Numbered from the stretch's first letter, positions 7,858 to 17,359 are shown. The stretch: 50,465 bases of DNA from a virus (IMGVR_UViG_3300024429_000003:1-50465), one strand, 5' to 3'. The notes: generated by a model from the sequence alone, not told the origin. A program made the numbers and translations.

Positions 7858-9408
7858 ATGTCATCACTATTATTACAGAAAACTAAAATTATTAATGTCG
7901 GGCCAATCAAAAACATTGAGCTGATTTTCAATGGCCCGGGGGTCTATACCATTTCCGGGAAGAACGATGTAGGTAAAACTACTGCCTTACAAGCTATTGC
8001 AATATTATTACAACCCTTTCCAAGAAAAGGAGAAAACCCTCTGAAAAACGGCGAAAAATCAGGTGAAGTCATTGCCTGGCTGGGAGATTCCGGCAACGGT
8101 TTAGAGGTGCAAGATAATCCGACGCCTGAAATCCACAAATATAAACTTTCCCGCAGATTTACGCCTGATAGTATATCGAAGGATAAAAACAACGTAGATG
8201 TATTGGTAAAAGGAGTTGGCTCCGTCGTTTGTGAATATGTAGGAAATGATTTCAAAGGAAAAATACCTCCAAAGGATGTATTGAATAGTTTTATTGCTGA
8301 TTTGGGATCATTTGATCCGTGGGCTTTTATAAAACTGGATGACAAAGACCAGATGGCGGCGGCTTTAACAGTAGTAAAAATTTCGCTCGATCGACAAAAA
8401 CTGGCTGAGATTGCAGGACTTGACCCTGAAAGAAATGCCTGGATCTGGCCGGACAGTGATCTGGACTGTATGGATCAACTATCAAATAAGCTATATGTAT
8501 GCAGGCAGGAGACGAACCGGTATCTTGAACGAGCTAAGGCTGTTTTTGCTGACATTGTGATCCCGGAAGACCGCAAAGATACAAAAGCCGTAAAACTTGT
8601 AGAGTTGCTGGCTGAAAAGCAGATATTAGATGAAAAGAAGGAAATTAATGATGCAAAACATATAAAACTTATTGATTTGAAGGTTGATAAGGATGATAAG
8701 CTTCGTGAGTTTGAAAATTGCACAAAACAACAGGTAACAAATATCGACACCATAGACAATCAGATAGCAGTTCTACATAAGCAAATCAATATGCTCAAAG
8801 AAGAAAAAATAATCCAGATTAATGCCGGGAACGTTGGACGTGAGAATCTGAAAAAACAAATTAAAAATATCAACAGCGATATCGATTTTCAACAAAAAAC
8901 TGTTGATGCTCTTATCCCCGTTGATTACACCGAGATCGACTCCAGGATTTCCAAAGCCGACGAGACAAACGTCTGGGCCGCGAAGGTGGAAGATAAAAAG
9001 ATCAAAGAAGCTGAAGTCGATAAACTTTCCAAAGGAAGCATTGATTTTACTCTGAAAATGCAGAAAATTACCGAGTACAAAAGAGAACTCCTCTCTCAAA
9101 CAAAATTTCCCTGCGAGGGAATGTCCTTCGCTGACGGAAAAGTAACCATGAAAAATAAAGACGGTATAGATATTCCCCTCCGGTCCCATGGCGGCAAAAC
9201 TCAACTTTTTGCCGCATTTGAAATATTAAGAGCGCAGAACCCGAAGCTTAAGGTTGTTCTTTCGTTCAGTGAAACACAAATTGATGAAGAAAACACAGCA
9301 GTTTTAGATAAATTAGTCAAAAAATACGGGTTCCAGTTCTTACGCTGCCAGGTGGCTGAGGTCGCAGAGGACGGAATGTTTTTTATTGAAAATGGTGTAA
9401 TGGGGTAA
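7858..9408 (+). CDS. SMC/Rad50-like P-loop ATPase with coiled coil
   Basis: N-terminal GKNDVGKTT Walker A, long coiled coil, degenerate C-terminal signature and Walker B. Confidence 0.85.
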   Translation: MSSLLLQKTKIINVGPIKNIELIFNGPGVYTISGKNDVGKTTALQAIAILLQPFPRKGENPLKNGEKSGEVIAWLGDSGNGLEVQDNPTPEIHKYKLSRRFTPDSISKDKNNVDVLVKGVGSVVCEYVGNDFKGKIPPKDVLNSFIADLGSFDPWAFIKLDDKDQMAAALTVVKISLDRQKLAEIAGLDPERNAWIWPDSDLDCMDQLSNKLYVCRQETNRYLERAKAVFADIVIPEDRKDTKAVKLVELLAEKQILDEKKEINDAKHIKLIDLKVDKDDKLREFENCTKQQVTNIDTIDNQIAVLHKQINMLKEEKIIQINAGNVGRENLKKQIKNINSDIDFQQKTVDALIPVDYTEIDSRISKADETNVWAAKVEDKKIKEAEVDKLSKGSIDFTLKMQKITEYKRELLSQTKFPCEGMSFADGKVTMKNKDGIDIPLRSHGGKTQLFAAFEILRAQNPKLKVVLSFSETQIDEENTAVLDKLVKKYGFQFLRCQVAEVAEDGMFFIENGVMG

Positions 9409-9668
9409 TGAATACTATTATTGTTGATCTTTTCAAAGCTGATCTTTTAGAAAAGGAAGAAATTCCTGATGTATATATACATATTACAGATAGACTTCCT
9501 GAATTTAAAGGAAAAGACTGTTTCAAAAATGCTGAAGAGCTTTATGAGAAAGAAGCTGAAAGATTAGAAGATATTCTTCAAAAATGTTTACCACAAGGAG
9601 TAAAGGACAGACTATTAATAAAATTGATGAAACGTAAAGTTTCATTGTATAGAGGAATAACATCATGA
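9408..9668 (+). CDS. Hypothetical protein
   Basis: Translationally coupled ORF. Confidence 0.65.
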   Translation: MNTIIVDLFKADLLEKEEIPDVYIHITDRLPEFKGKDCFKNAEELYEKEAERLEDILQKCLPQGVKDRLLIKLMKRKVSLYRGITS

Positions 9669-10732
9669 ATGAGCCAATAATAGCCCATATAGATTATGCC
9701 CCTGCACCGGGATGCTCTAATTCTGATACTTATGGGGAAATATGTGTCAAATGTAACCAATGCGGCAGGTTCAATGAGCCTACCCAAAAAAAAGGAGAAA
9801 TAATTATGTGTAATACAGCATTAGCGGAAGAAGCAAAAGAGCAGTCAGCGAGTTCACAACCATCCGGGGGTCAACCTCTAAAAGGTCAGTTAGCGAGTCC
9901 ACAACCCCCCGAGGGTCAACCTCTTCATCAAAGAACAACAAATGAAAAAGCATTAGCACAAACATTACCACAAGAGGCAAAAGATCAATTAGCGGCAGCA
10001 ATACAAGGGAATCAGGAAATAGTAAAGCAACCGCAACAAGCTTTATCTGTACCGGAAGCGAAGAAAGCAATTCTTGATTTATTCAAGGATAAAGCGCCGG
10101 CAATTGAACAGCTTCCTAAGATTAAAATTATTCATGAGGCGCAAATGTTCCAAATGCCGGGGGAGCTGGCAGTAAAAGAGATTCGCGGATGCATTATCGA
10201 TCAGTACAAATGTAATGCATATTGGGAAAAAAGGGAAAATGAGGACGAAATTTCTCCTCCTCTATGCAAGTCTTACGATAGTATCAAGCCGGCAATCACA
10301 AGTCAAAAAATTCAGTGTGAAAAGGGCTGTGCTTTATGCCCGATGAATCAGTTTCAGAAAGATGAAGAGGAAAATTGGTTTAAAATGTGTAAAAATATGC
10401 GGCGTTTATTTTTGATGGTTGGTGATTTTCAGCTTCCTTTGCAGTTATCCTGCCCGCCGAAAAGTATTCCAGCCTTCAGCGATTTTTCTACAGACATAAT
10501 GGGCGCAGGTTGGCCGTATCAGGCGGGGAATGTGAAGTTGACTTTGGATAGGGAAACTAAAGGGAAAGCGGTATATTCAATTCTGAAGATAGCTACGACG
10601 AGTATCGAACAAGATATTGAGGCATGCCGTAAGCGCCTTCAGGTAGCCGATCAATTTGAAACTATTATCCATGAACAGGATATAACTTTCGATGATTACA
10701 TCCCAAACATTACAGGAGACAGTAATGAATAG
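9665..10732 (+). CDS. Phage Zn-binding recombination/ssDNA-binding-like protein (internal start likely at 9806)
   Basis: CKSYD...CALCPMNQF...CKNMRRL motif; AAGGAG RBS before ATG 9806. Confidence 0.55.
   Translation: MNEPIIAHIDYAPAPGCSNSDTYGEICVKCNQCGRFNEPTQKKGEIIMCNTALAEEAKEQSASSQPSGGQPLKGQLASPQPPEGQPLHQRTTNEKALAQTLPQEAKDQLAAAIQGNQEIVKQPQQALSVPEAKKAILDLFKDKAPAIEQLPKIKIIHEAQMFQMPGELAVKEIRGCIIDQYKCNAYWEKRENEDEISPPLCKSYDSIKPAITSQKIQCEKGCALCPMNQFQKDEEENWFKMCKNMRRLFLMVGDFQLPLQLSCPPKSIPAFSDFSTDIMGAGWPYQAGNVKLTLDRETKGKAVYSILKIATTSIEQDIEACRKRLQVADQFETIIHEQDITFDDYIPNITGDSNE
9842..9924 (+). repeat. In-frame imperfect duplication, 45-bp period
   Basis: cagtcagcgagttcacaacc...ggtcaacctct versus cagttagcgagtccacaacc...ggtcaacctct. 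Confidence 0.85.
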
Positions 10733-11306
10733 AGAACAAATCAAAAATGAAATACAAAAATTATGGGATACTGTTGAACGTATGGGAGTTAGCGATCTTT
10801 ATGCATTTCTTGAAGATTCCGATTTCTTTGAAGCTCCTTGCTCCACTGAATATCATCTCTGTTATCCGGGCGGGTTAGCCGAACATTCTCTGAATGTTTT
10901 TAATCTGCTGAAAGAGAAGACACAGAGATACAATTGTGGAGGTGTATCTAATGACACGATGATTATATGCGCTCTCGGTCATGATCTGTGCAAAGTTAAT
11001 TTCTATGCCAAGGGAACAAAAAACGTCAAAGAAGATGGCCGATGGATCACAAAAGAAGTCTATAAGGTCAATGATCAATTCCCTATAGGGCATGGTGAAA
11101 AATCGGTGTCCATCCTGCAAGATTATATAAGTTTGACTGAAGAAGAGAAGTTGGCTATTCGTTGGCATATGGTAAGTTTTGACCCGGGGATACATTTTAA
11201 TTATCCTTCCGGATTTCCCTTTAGGACGGCAACCAATAAGTACCCTTTAGTAACTCTTCTCTTTACCGCAGATTATGAAGCAAGTCAGATTATCGAAGCT
11301 AAGTAA
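10725..11306 (+). CDS. HD-domain phosphohydrolase (YhaM-like)
   Basis: YHL.YPGGLAEHSLNV, LGHDLCK, GHGEKS, AIRWHM, TAD motifs. Confidence 0.9.
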   Translation: MNREQIKNEIQKLWDTVERMGVSDLYAFLEDSDFFEAPCSTEYHLCYPGGLAEHSLNVFNLLKEKTQRYNCGGVSNDTMIICALGHDLCKVNFYAKGTKNVKEDGRWITKEVYKVNDQFPIGHGEKSVSILQDYISLTEEEKLAIRWHMVSFDPGIHFNYPSGFPFRTATNKYPLVTLLFTADYEASQIIEAK

Positions 11307-11313
11307 ATCACAT

Positions 11314-11453
11314 GGCAGGGTGGCGCAAAAGGTAACGCAAAGCCGGTAACGTGCCGGAGGTCCTGTTGCGGAAGTGGCTCCTGAAAAATGGTGATCCATG
11401 AATTGACATGGTCATACGGGCAAACTGGGGGGTGCAAATCCCCTGCCCTGCCA
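11314..11453 (+). ncRNA. tRNA-like RNA with an insertion of about 70 nt
   Basis: GGCAGGG/CCCTGCC acceptor-like stem, D-like arm GCG-CAAAAGGTAA-CGC, T arm GGGGG-TGCAAAT-CCCCT. Confidence 0.65.
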
Positions 11454-11512
11454 AACCACAGCATGTAGTAACGCTTTTTTTGGCCAGTTCCATATATAAT
11501 ATTTTAACCTAA

Positions 11513-11566
11513 TTTAATAAGAGGGGAAATTTTATTATGTTTAATAAGAGGGGAAATTTTATTATG
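11513..11566 (+). repeat. Perfect 27-bp tandem duplication of RBS plus ATG
   Basis: tttaataagaggggaaattttattatg x2. Confidence 0.95.
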
Positions 11567-12058
11567 GGAACCAGACCGTTTGGCTCTGCCGATCCTGATG
11601 ATCTTCATCCGGAAAATAATAGAACAGAAGTACCCCAAAGTGATAATACTTTAGACAATGAGGATACAAAGAATATTTTAGACAGTATTAATTCAGAGAT
11701 CGAAGCCATGAAGGAAGAAAACGCAAAGCTGATGGGAACGATTACCAGGCTTAGGGGTGAGAACCTGGATTCAGGTAAGCAGATTAAAGAACAACTTGGA
11801 TTGATTCAAATACAGTTCAATTTAGGACCAAAGGATGATGAGGGAAATTTTGAAATTTTGTTCAATAAAGTTATTGAAAACATTCCCCCCCTTAAAGCCA
11901 AAGACATCCTCGGCTACGGAGTGTTCCGTAAAAAGATTTTAGGTCTCACCGGCCGGTTATTGCCTGATGTTGATAAGACGGGTTGGGAGCTTTTCCTGCA
12001 GGAGAATATTCAGGTATGGATAAAAAGTTTCAAGATCAAAGACGACAAAGAAAATTGA
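11537..12058 (+). CDS. Hypothetical coiled-coil protein (alternative start 11564)
   Basis: ORF with duplicated RBS. Confidence 0.65.
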   Translation: MFNKRGNFIMGTRPFGSADPDDLHPENNRTEVPQSDNTLDNEDTKNILDSINSEIEAMKEENAKLMGTITRLRGENLDSGKQIKEQLGLIQIQFNLGPKDDEGNFEILFNKVIENIPPLKAKDILGYGVFRKKILGLTGRLLPDVDKTGWELFLQENIQVWIKSFKIKDDKEN

Positions 12059-12306
12059 TCTGGATTATAAATTATCTTGTTGAAGAAGATTTTCCCTCTG
12101 AACATTTAGACGCTATTTCTCATATTATTGGTCTTTTTAACGAAGACAAAGAATCGGAAAGAAGAATATTTGAATTCGCAAACAAACTGTATAAAAAGTA
12201 TGTAGGTGAACGTCCTCAAGTAAAAAAACAAAATTCTGCCAAAAAACTCCTTGGCGAAAATGACCATATGACTGAAGCGGATTATCAAACGTGGGATAAG
12301 CTTTGA
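11983..12306 (+). CDS. Hypothetical protein (start uncertain)
   Basis: Fills the gap between genes; overlaps the helicase start. Confidence 0.45.
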   Translation: MGAFPAGEYSGMDKKFQDQRRQRKLIWIINYLVEEDFPSEHLDAISHIIGLFNEDKESERRIFEFANKLYKKYVGERPQVKKQNSAKKLLGENDHMTEADYQTWDKL

Positions 12307-13796
12307 ACATATACCGTATCGTCGGCCCGCCAGGGACCGGCAAAACCTACAAAATATTAGAGCTAATTGCTTCGGCCTGTGATAAGTATTCCCCCGAGCA
12401 TATCGGAGCGGTCAGCCACACCAATACAGCAGTGAATACAATGATCGATCGAATTATTCAATCGTCTGATGTAGACCCTAAAGTTATTAAGTGGGTAAAA
12501 ACTGAGCATGGTATGTGTTTCAACCTGCTCTCTCTGGATAAGGAACAGGTAGCGGATAAAAATCTCCGGGAGTGGAATAAGGAATTTCCGCAGTACATGC
12601 TGAAAACAACTTCTCTTGATGAAGACCAGACAAAAAATGAATTGATTGACACTAATGAAGAGATCTGGCAGGCGATACAAATATGCCGTAATAAGATGAC
12701 CCCGGAGGGGTCCTGGCCGGCATATGTGCTGGACTTTTGGAAATGCTGGAAAAATTGGTGTACCGAGATGGGTTATATCGATTTTACTGGCATGTTAGAG
12801 CAAATCCTGCTCATCGGCAGGTGTCCTCCTGTCAAAGTTCTGTTTGTCGATGAAGCGCAGGATTTAACAAAACTCCAGCTTGAAGTGATAATGATGTGGG
12901 CCAAGTCTGTAGAGGTATGCTGCTTAGTCGGTGATGCCGATCAGTGCATTTACAGATTTGCAGGGGCGGAACCCGAAAATTTTCGCAATATATCCTATAA
13001 ATGGGGGGATGTTCTAACTCAAAGTTACCGGGTCCCGCCCACCGTCCATAAAAAAGCTATGGACATTTTGTCTCAAATATACGACAGGGAAAAAATTGAG
13101 TACCGTCCATGCAACACAAACGGCGAAGGGCAAGTAATATACTGCAATGAACCGGATTTTTCCCTCCCGGGTAAGCATATGATCATTGCCCGCTGCAATT
13201 TCAGGGTTGAACACTGGCGGCGAAGATTGGAGTCTGAATATATGCTCTGGGAAAATCCTTGGAGACCGGAAGATAAAATATTGAACATCGAAAAAACAAG
13301 TGAATTTTCGGCGATTAAGACTTATTTAAAATTGGCGCATGGTGAGGATGTCTTTGAGCCAGATCTAAAGAAAATGGCCATAAAAATCCGTGCTGAGGGG
13401 AACATTAAGAGAGGGGAGAAAAAAATCATCGAAGCTAAAATTGTTTCAAAAACAAAAAAAATAGATATCTTTGATTATGCCTCCTGGGGGTTCACTGATA
13501 ATTTTTTAGCGTTTAATAAGTCTCTTGATGAGATCATAAGCTTCAAGACATTAAGCGGAAAATACGCCAAAATTTTGGCTGATATGGACAAATTGGACCA
13601 AGAGGCCGTTATCCTGGGCACCATCCACAGTGTTAAGGGCGGTGAAGCCGACAACGTGTGGATCGATCCCATTAAGACCCGCAGGATTTTACAGGCCGAA
13701 GCGCAGGATCAAAGCGTCCGGGATGATGAACTCCGGATTATGTATGTGGCCATAACCAGGTCGAAAAACACGGTCGGGATTATGGGGAGGAGATGA
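12303..13796 (+). CDS. UvrD/Rep-like SF1 DNA helicase
   Basis: GPPGTGKT, VDEAQD, GDADQ, QSYR, TIHSVKGGEAD, YVAITR. Confidence 0.93.
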   Translation: MNIYRIVGPPGTGKTYKILELIASACDKYSPEHIGAVSHTNTAVNTMIDRIIQSSDVDPKVIKWVKTEHGMCFNLLSLDKEQVADKNLREWNKEFPQYMLKTTSLDEDQTKNELIDTNEEIWQAIQICRNKMTPEGSWPAYVLDFWKCWKNWCTEMGYIDFTGMLEQILLIGRCPPVKVLFVDEAQDLTKLQLEVIMMWAKSVEVCCLVGDADQCIYRFAGAEPENFRNISYKWGDVLTQSYRVPPTVHKKAMDILSQIYDREKIEYRPCNTNGEGQVIYCNEPDFSLPGKHMIIARCNFRVEHWRRRLESEYMLWENPWRPEDKILNIEKTSEFSAIKTYLKLAHGEDVFEPDLKKMAIKIRAEGNIKRGEKKIIEAKIVSKTKKIDIFDYASWGFTDNFLAFNKSLDEIISFKTLSGKYAKILADMDKLDQEAVILGTIHSVKGGEADNVWIDPIKTRRILQAEAQDQSVRDDELRIMYVAITRSKNTVGIMGRR

Positions 13797-14212
13797 TGAG
13801 ACAACTTATAATATGCACTATATGTAAAAAAAAATTTATCACAACAGCAAAGAGGCTCCCGAAAAACTGCTGGAAATGCCGGAAAGAAAAAACAAATAAA
13901 GCACAGAAAGAAAAGGCAAATAAAGCACATAGAGAAGATTATAAAAAACATAGAGAAGCAAGATTAAAATATCAAAAAGAATATGATTTAAAACATCGGC
14001 CTCCTAGAAAACCTAGAGAAGCAAGAAAACCTCGTAAAACATATGAAGAAATAAAAGAGCAAATGCGTATTTACAGCAAAGAGTATTATCAAAAAAATAA
14101 AGAAAAAATATCAGAGTATCGACGAAAAAACAGAAAGAATATGAATATATTAAAGTATGAAAAAATATTAATGAATGGGCTGAATATGCCAAACAATATT
14201 ATCAAAAAATAA
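13793..14212 (+). CDS. Lys/Arg-rich Zn-ribbon protein, possibly a truncated HNH/EndoVII-type gene
   Basis: CTIC...CWKC followed by YxKNKEK-type repeats; no nuclease domain. Confidence 0.55.
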   Translation: MMRQLIICTICKKKFITTAKRLPKNCWKCRKEKTNKAQKEKANKAHREDYKKHREARLKYQKEYDLKHRPPRKPREARKPRKTYEEIKEQMRIYSKEYYQKNKEKISEYRRKNRKNMNILKYEKILMNGLNMPNNIIKK

Positions 14213-14276
14213 AAGAAAAAATATTAATTCGACTAAAAAAATAAAAAATCTTATTTCAGGTTAAAGGGGGGAGATT

Positions 14277-15656
14277 ATGGATTTAGTAGATTATGCAATA
14301 GCTTACAGAGCCCTCGGGTGGCCGGTTATTCCCCTGCATCATATTATGGCGGACGGGTATTGCTCTTGTGGCAAAGGCGATAAGTGCGATTCGAAGAACC
14401 GCGGCAAACATCCGACAATTAAGACCTGGACGCCGTATCAAAAAGAATTGCCGAGCGAAGAAAGGATCAGATATTGGTTTACTGATCGGCATAAGAATAT
14501 CGCTGTCGTTACAGGCAAATTATCTAAGCTCTTGGTTACAGACTACGACGGCCTGAAAGCACAAGGAATATATCAGAGGATCATAGGAGACCGGATTAAT
14601 ACCATCAGACAAAAGACCGGTGGCGGTCCTGACAGAGAGCAGGATTTTTATATCCGGCCGGAAGGTATGCATATAAAAAACGCAACGGATTTATTCGGCG
14701 AAGGTTCCGGGGTCGATATCAGGGCAGAAGGCGGGTACGTAGTTGTTCCTCCATCAATTACCAAAAATCAATATAAATGGATTATTGACCCCGTTGAAAT
14801 GGGTCTTAATGATCTCCTTCAAGCGCCGAAAGAGCTACTGCAGTTCCTTATTGATTCAGGCAAGAAAACAATAAAGGAACAAAAAAACGAACCCGACTGG
14901 CAAAATAAATTATTAGCCGGCGTATGTGAGGGCGGAAGAAATGCGGCAGCCGCCAGGCTTTTTGGGTGGTGGCTGCTTATATGGAAAAATAAGCAGGCGG
15001 CTTTTGATCGCCTATATGGGTGGAATCAAAGAAATATTCCTCCATTGACTGACGCAGAATTAAGAAAAGTTGCAGACAGCATATCGGGCCGGGAGGGAAT
15101 TACGTGTTTGAAAGCCTGCGCTGATTTCTCCTTTGAAAAAGTCGTAATCAGAGATGCTGTAGATGGTCACGGGGACGCTATTTTTTATTTTGACAAGGGG
15201 AAAAAATGTGTCATCACCGGCAAAGAAGCTATTTCATACAGATTATTAAGAAGCTCTGTCTTTAATGCGAGTGGAGAATATTTAATGCCGGTAACTGAAA
15301 AAGTTATAGCGCCGATAATGCAAAAAGTTTTCGCTGAGGCAGAGCATATTGAAAAGCCATTAGAGTATAGCGCCTATTCTATTATAAGACACGTGATAGA
15401 ACGACGGATTGATGATATTACTCATAGCGCCCTTGAAATGGTCGAAAAATCGATTGTTGTGCACGAAGGATATATTTACGTCAGCATGTATACAATCATC
15501 CAGCAGGTGGACAATATCTCCAAGAAAATAAGCCAGGCAGAGATTGTTGACGCATTGATATTTTTCGGATTCACAAAAAAAGTTATCCGGACAGAAAAAA
15601 AACAATTACGGGTTTGGATCTGTGAGTTCGATAAATTCAAAAATATAATTTTGTGA
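14277..15656 (+). CDS. Bifunctional DNA primase/polymerase (Prim-Pol) with PriCT-1 domain
   Basis: GWPVIPL, CSCG..C...GKHP, NIAVVTG, TDYD, DIRAEGGYVVVPPS, EGGRN, WNQRNIPPL. Confidence 0.92.
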   Translation: MDLVDYAIAYRALGWPVIPLHHIMADGYCSCGKGDKCDSKNRGKHPTIKTWTPYQKELPSEERIRYWFTDRHKNIAVVTGKLSKLLVTDYDGLKAQGIYQRIIGDRINTIRQKTGGGPDREQDFYIRPEGMHIKNATDLFGEGSGVDIRAEGGYVVVPPSITKNQYKWIIDPVEMGLNDLLQAPKELLQFLIDSGKKTIKEQKNEPDWQNKLLAGVCEGGRNAAAARLFGWWLLIWKNKQAAFDRLYGWNQRNIPPLTDAELRKVADSISGREGITCLKACADFSFEKVVIRDAVDGHGDAIFYFDKGKKCVITGKEAISYRLLRSSVFNASGEYLMPVTEKVIAPIMQKVFAEAEHIEKPLEYSAYSIIRHVIERRIDDITHSALEMVEKSIVVHEGYIYVSMYTIIQQVDNISKKISQAEIVDALIFFGFTKKVIRTEKKQLRVWICEFDKFKNIIL

Positions 15657-16045
15657 CACCTCAAAAAACTCCTGGGGTACTATAGTGTTTTTTGACTTTT
15701 GGTGTCACAGAGCATTATTTATTTTTATCAATTAGTTATCTATATTTCTGTGACACTTAATTTTATAGTGTCACAAGGTTATTATTTGTTTTTTAAAATA
15801 TAAGTATTGTTTTGTGACAGTGTGACGGCATATCTCGCAATTTTTTTAAATAAAATATTATTTTATTTATGAAAATACGCAAATAAATGGGCTGTAGTGT
15901 CACAAAATGACTTTTATTTCAATTAAAACAAATAATAAGGCTGTGACACCACTACCTGGAAGGTGTCACAAGGTAGATATAAATTATTGAAGTCGCTAAA
16001 GGTCGCTGTGACACCAAAAGGGTTTTTCGGTAAAGAGATGTCACA
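15652..16045. repeat. Putative replication origin: 11 TGTGAC(AC) iterons in both orientations, AT-rich spacers and an IHF site
   Basis: Copies at 15652, 15702, 15749, 15768, 15813, 15821, 15897, 15942, 15963, 16007 and 16038; TATCAATTAGTTA at 15726. Confidence 0.8.
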
Positions 16046-16250
16046 GACAAATTCTTACAATTTAGTATATTATAAATTATAATTTTGAAAAAAAGATAAA
16101 AATCAAAAAAAATCAGTATAATATAATGAGATAAATTATTAAAATTATTGAGAAAAAAGCACAAATGAACTACTTTTTTCAGATGTTTGTTTAAAAAAGA
16201 ATCGTATGTTGTAATATTATAATGTTCTAATATTTAAGGAGAAATTAATT

Positions 16251-16484
16251 ATGACAGAAGAAATGATAGTTTTATATGATTGGACGTATGCAACGGACAC
16301 AATTGAAATAAATACAGGTTTTATATCTATGTTGGAATATTTTCATCGTCAAGAACAACAGATTATGAAATCCCCTGACAGAAAAGTGAAAATTGAATCC
16401 AAGGGTTCTTTAATCCGTTTTTTGGTCAATGATATTGCGGATAGTAAAAATGTGCAGAGAAATGAATTTAAAAAGGGGCTGTGA
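16251..16484 (+). CDS. Hypothetical protein
   Basis: AAGGAG RBS. Confidence 0.6.
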   Translation: MTEEMIVLYDWTYATDTIEINTGFISMLEYFHRQEQQIMKSPDRKVKIESKGSLIRFLVNDIADSKNVQRNEFKKGL

Positions 16485-16497
16485 CGCCCCTTTTTTT
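16470..16497. terminator. Bidirectional intrinsic terminator
   Basis: AAAAAGGGGC-tgtgac-GCCCCTTTTTTT between convergent genes. Confidence 0.75.
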
Positions 16498-16514
16498 CTG
16501 TTGCAGTCTATAGT

Positions 16515-16679
16515 TTAGAATAATTTAGAATAGTCTACTTGAAAAAAATATCCACAAGAACAACATTCAACCTCCCCTTGATCCTCCTCTTCTTCATTTC
16601 TCGTTCCACAACGAGGACAAATCCATTTGTATCCAATTAAAATTAATTCTATTCTTTTAGGACTATGCCCTTTTTTCAT
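16515..16679 (-). CDS. Small Zn-ribbon protein (54 aa)
   Basis: Hand translation contains WICPRCG...ECCSCG; ATGA overlap. Confidence 0.6.
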   Translation of the reverse strand: MKKGHSPKRIELILIGYKWICPRCGTRNEEEEDQGEVECCSCGYFFQVDYSKLF

Positions 16680-16867
16680 CTCTCAATTTCTTCTTTTACT
16701 CGTTTACTTATTACCCACGCCTCACCTTCACCACCACAAGGTGTGACGAGATAATCCACTCTGCCGAATATCTTGCGTGTGCCGACTATCTGTACAGGTA
16801 TTGTTAAGATTGTCGGCTTACGGATATTGTTGGCCCTTACTCTTATGTAGCCGGTTTTCATCTTCAA
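16676..16867 (-). CDS. Small hypothetical protein (SH3-like)
   Basis: Preceded by the GCCGCAAGAGGAGAT motif. Confidence 0.65.
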   Translation of the reverse strand: MKMKTGYIRVRANNIRKPTILTIPVQIVGTRKIFGRVDYLVTPCGGEGEAWVISKRVKEEIER

Positions 16868-16897
16868 TATCTCCTCTTGCGGCGGGAGCGATCCCGA

Positions 16898-17107
16898 TTA
16901 TTGGTTGGTCTCCTGTTCTTCAGTTAATTCTTTACCTTCCAAAGAGTAAATTTTATCTATTCTTACCCAAATGACTTCAACTTTATCTATGTCTAAACGT
17001 ATGCTGTTTTTAATAAGAGCATCATTTCTTGTAAAATTCATCAGTAATGCGTCAAACTGCTTATTTGATCTAAAATCAGTTCTGGCAAGTCTTATTTTTG
17101 CAGGCAT
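16898..17107 (-). CDS. Small hypothetical protein
   Basis: Preceded by the repeat with GAGGAG RBS. Confidence 0.65.
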   Translation of the reverse strand: MPAKIRLARTDFRSNKQFDALLMNFTRNDALIKNSIRLDIDKVEVIWVRIDKIYSLEGKELTEEQETNQ

Positions 17108-17158
17108 CTCTCAATCTCCTCTTGCGGCTAGGGTAGGGGTTAGCCTCCCCGGTTATTA

Positions 17159-17359
17159 TCAATCAAAAAAATTTTCAGCAAAATGTTCTTCAACAACAGA
17201 AACTCCATCAAGACTGTATTCGTCAATAATCTCTTGCGCTTCTTTCTTACTATCAAAAGCACACAAATAACTAGGGTTAATGTTATGCCATTCAACAATC
17301 CCACCCATCTCAAAATGTAAAAATAAATCGCCACTTTTTAAAATATATTTAATCATCAT
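17159..17359 (-). CDS. Small hypothetical acidic protein
   Basis: Preceded by the repeat. Confidence 0.6.
   Translation of the reverse strand: MMIKYILKSGDLFLHFEMGGIVEWHNINPSYLCAFDSKKEAQEIIDEYSLDGVSVVEEHFAENFFD

Noticed and set aside
11314-11453. Canonical tRNA-Arg(ACG), tRNA-Sec or tmRNA
   Set aside because: The anticodon loop lacks U33 and R37, there is no UCA anticodon, and it is too long for a tRNA and too short for a tmRNA.
15652-16045. CRP-binding sites (TGTGA)
   Set aside because: No TGTGA-N6-TCACA spacing; copy number and position fit iterons.
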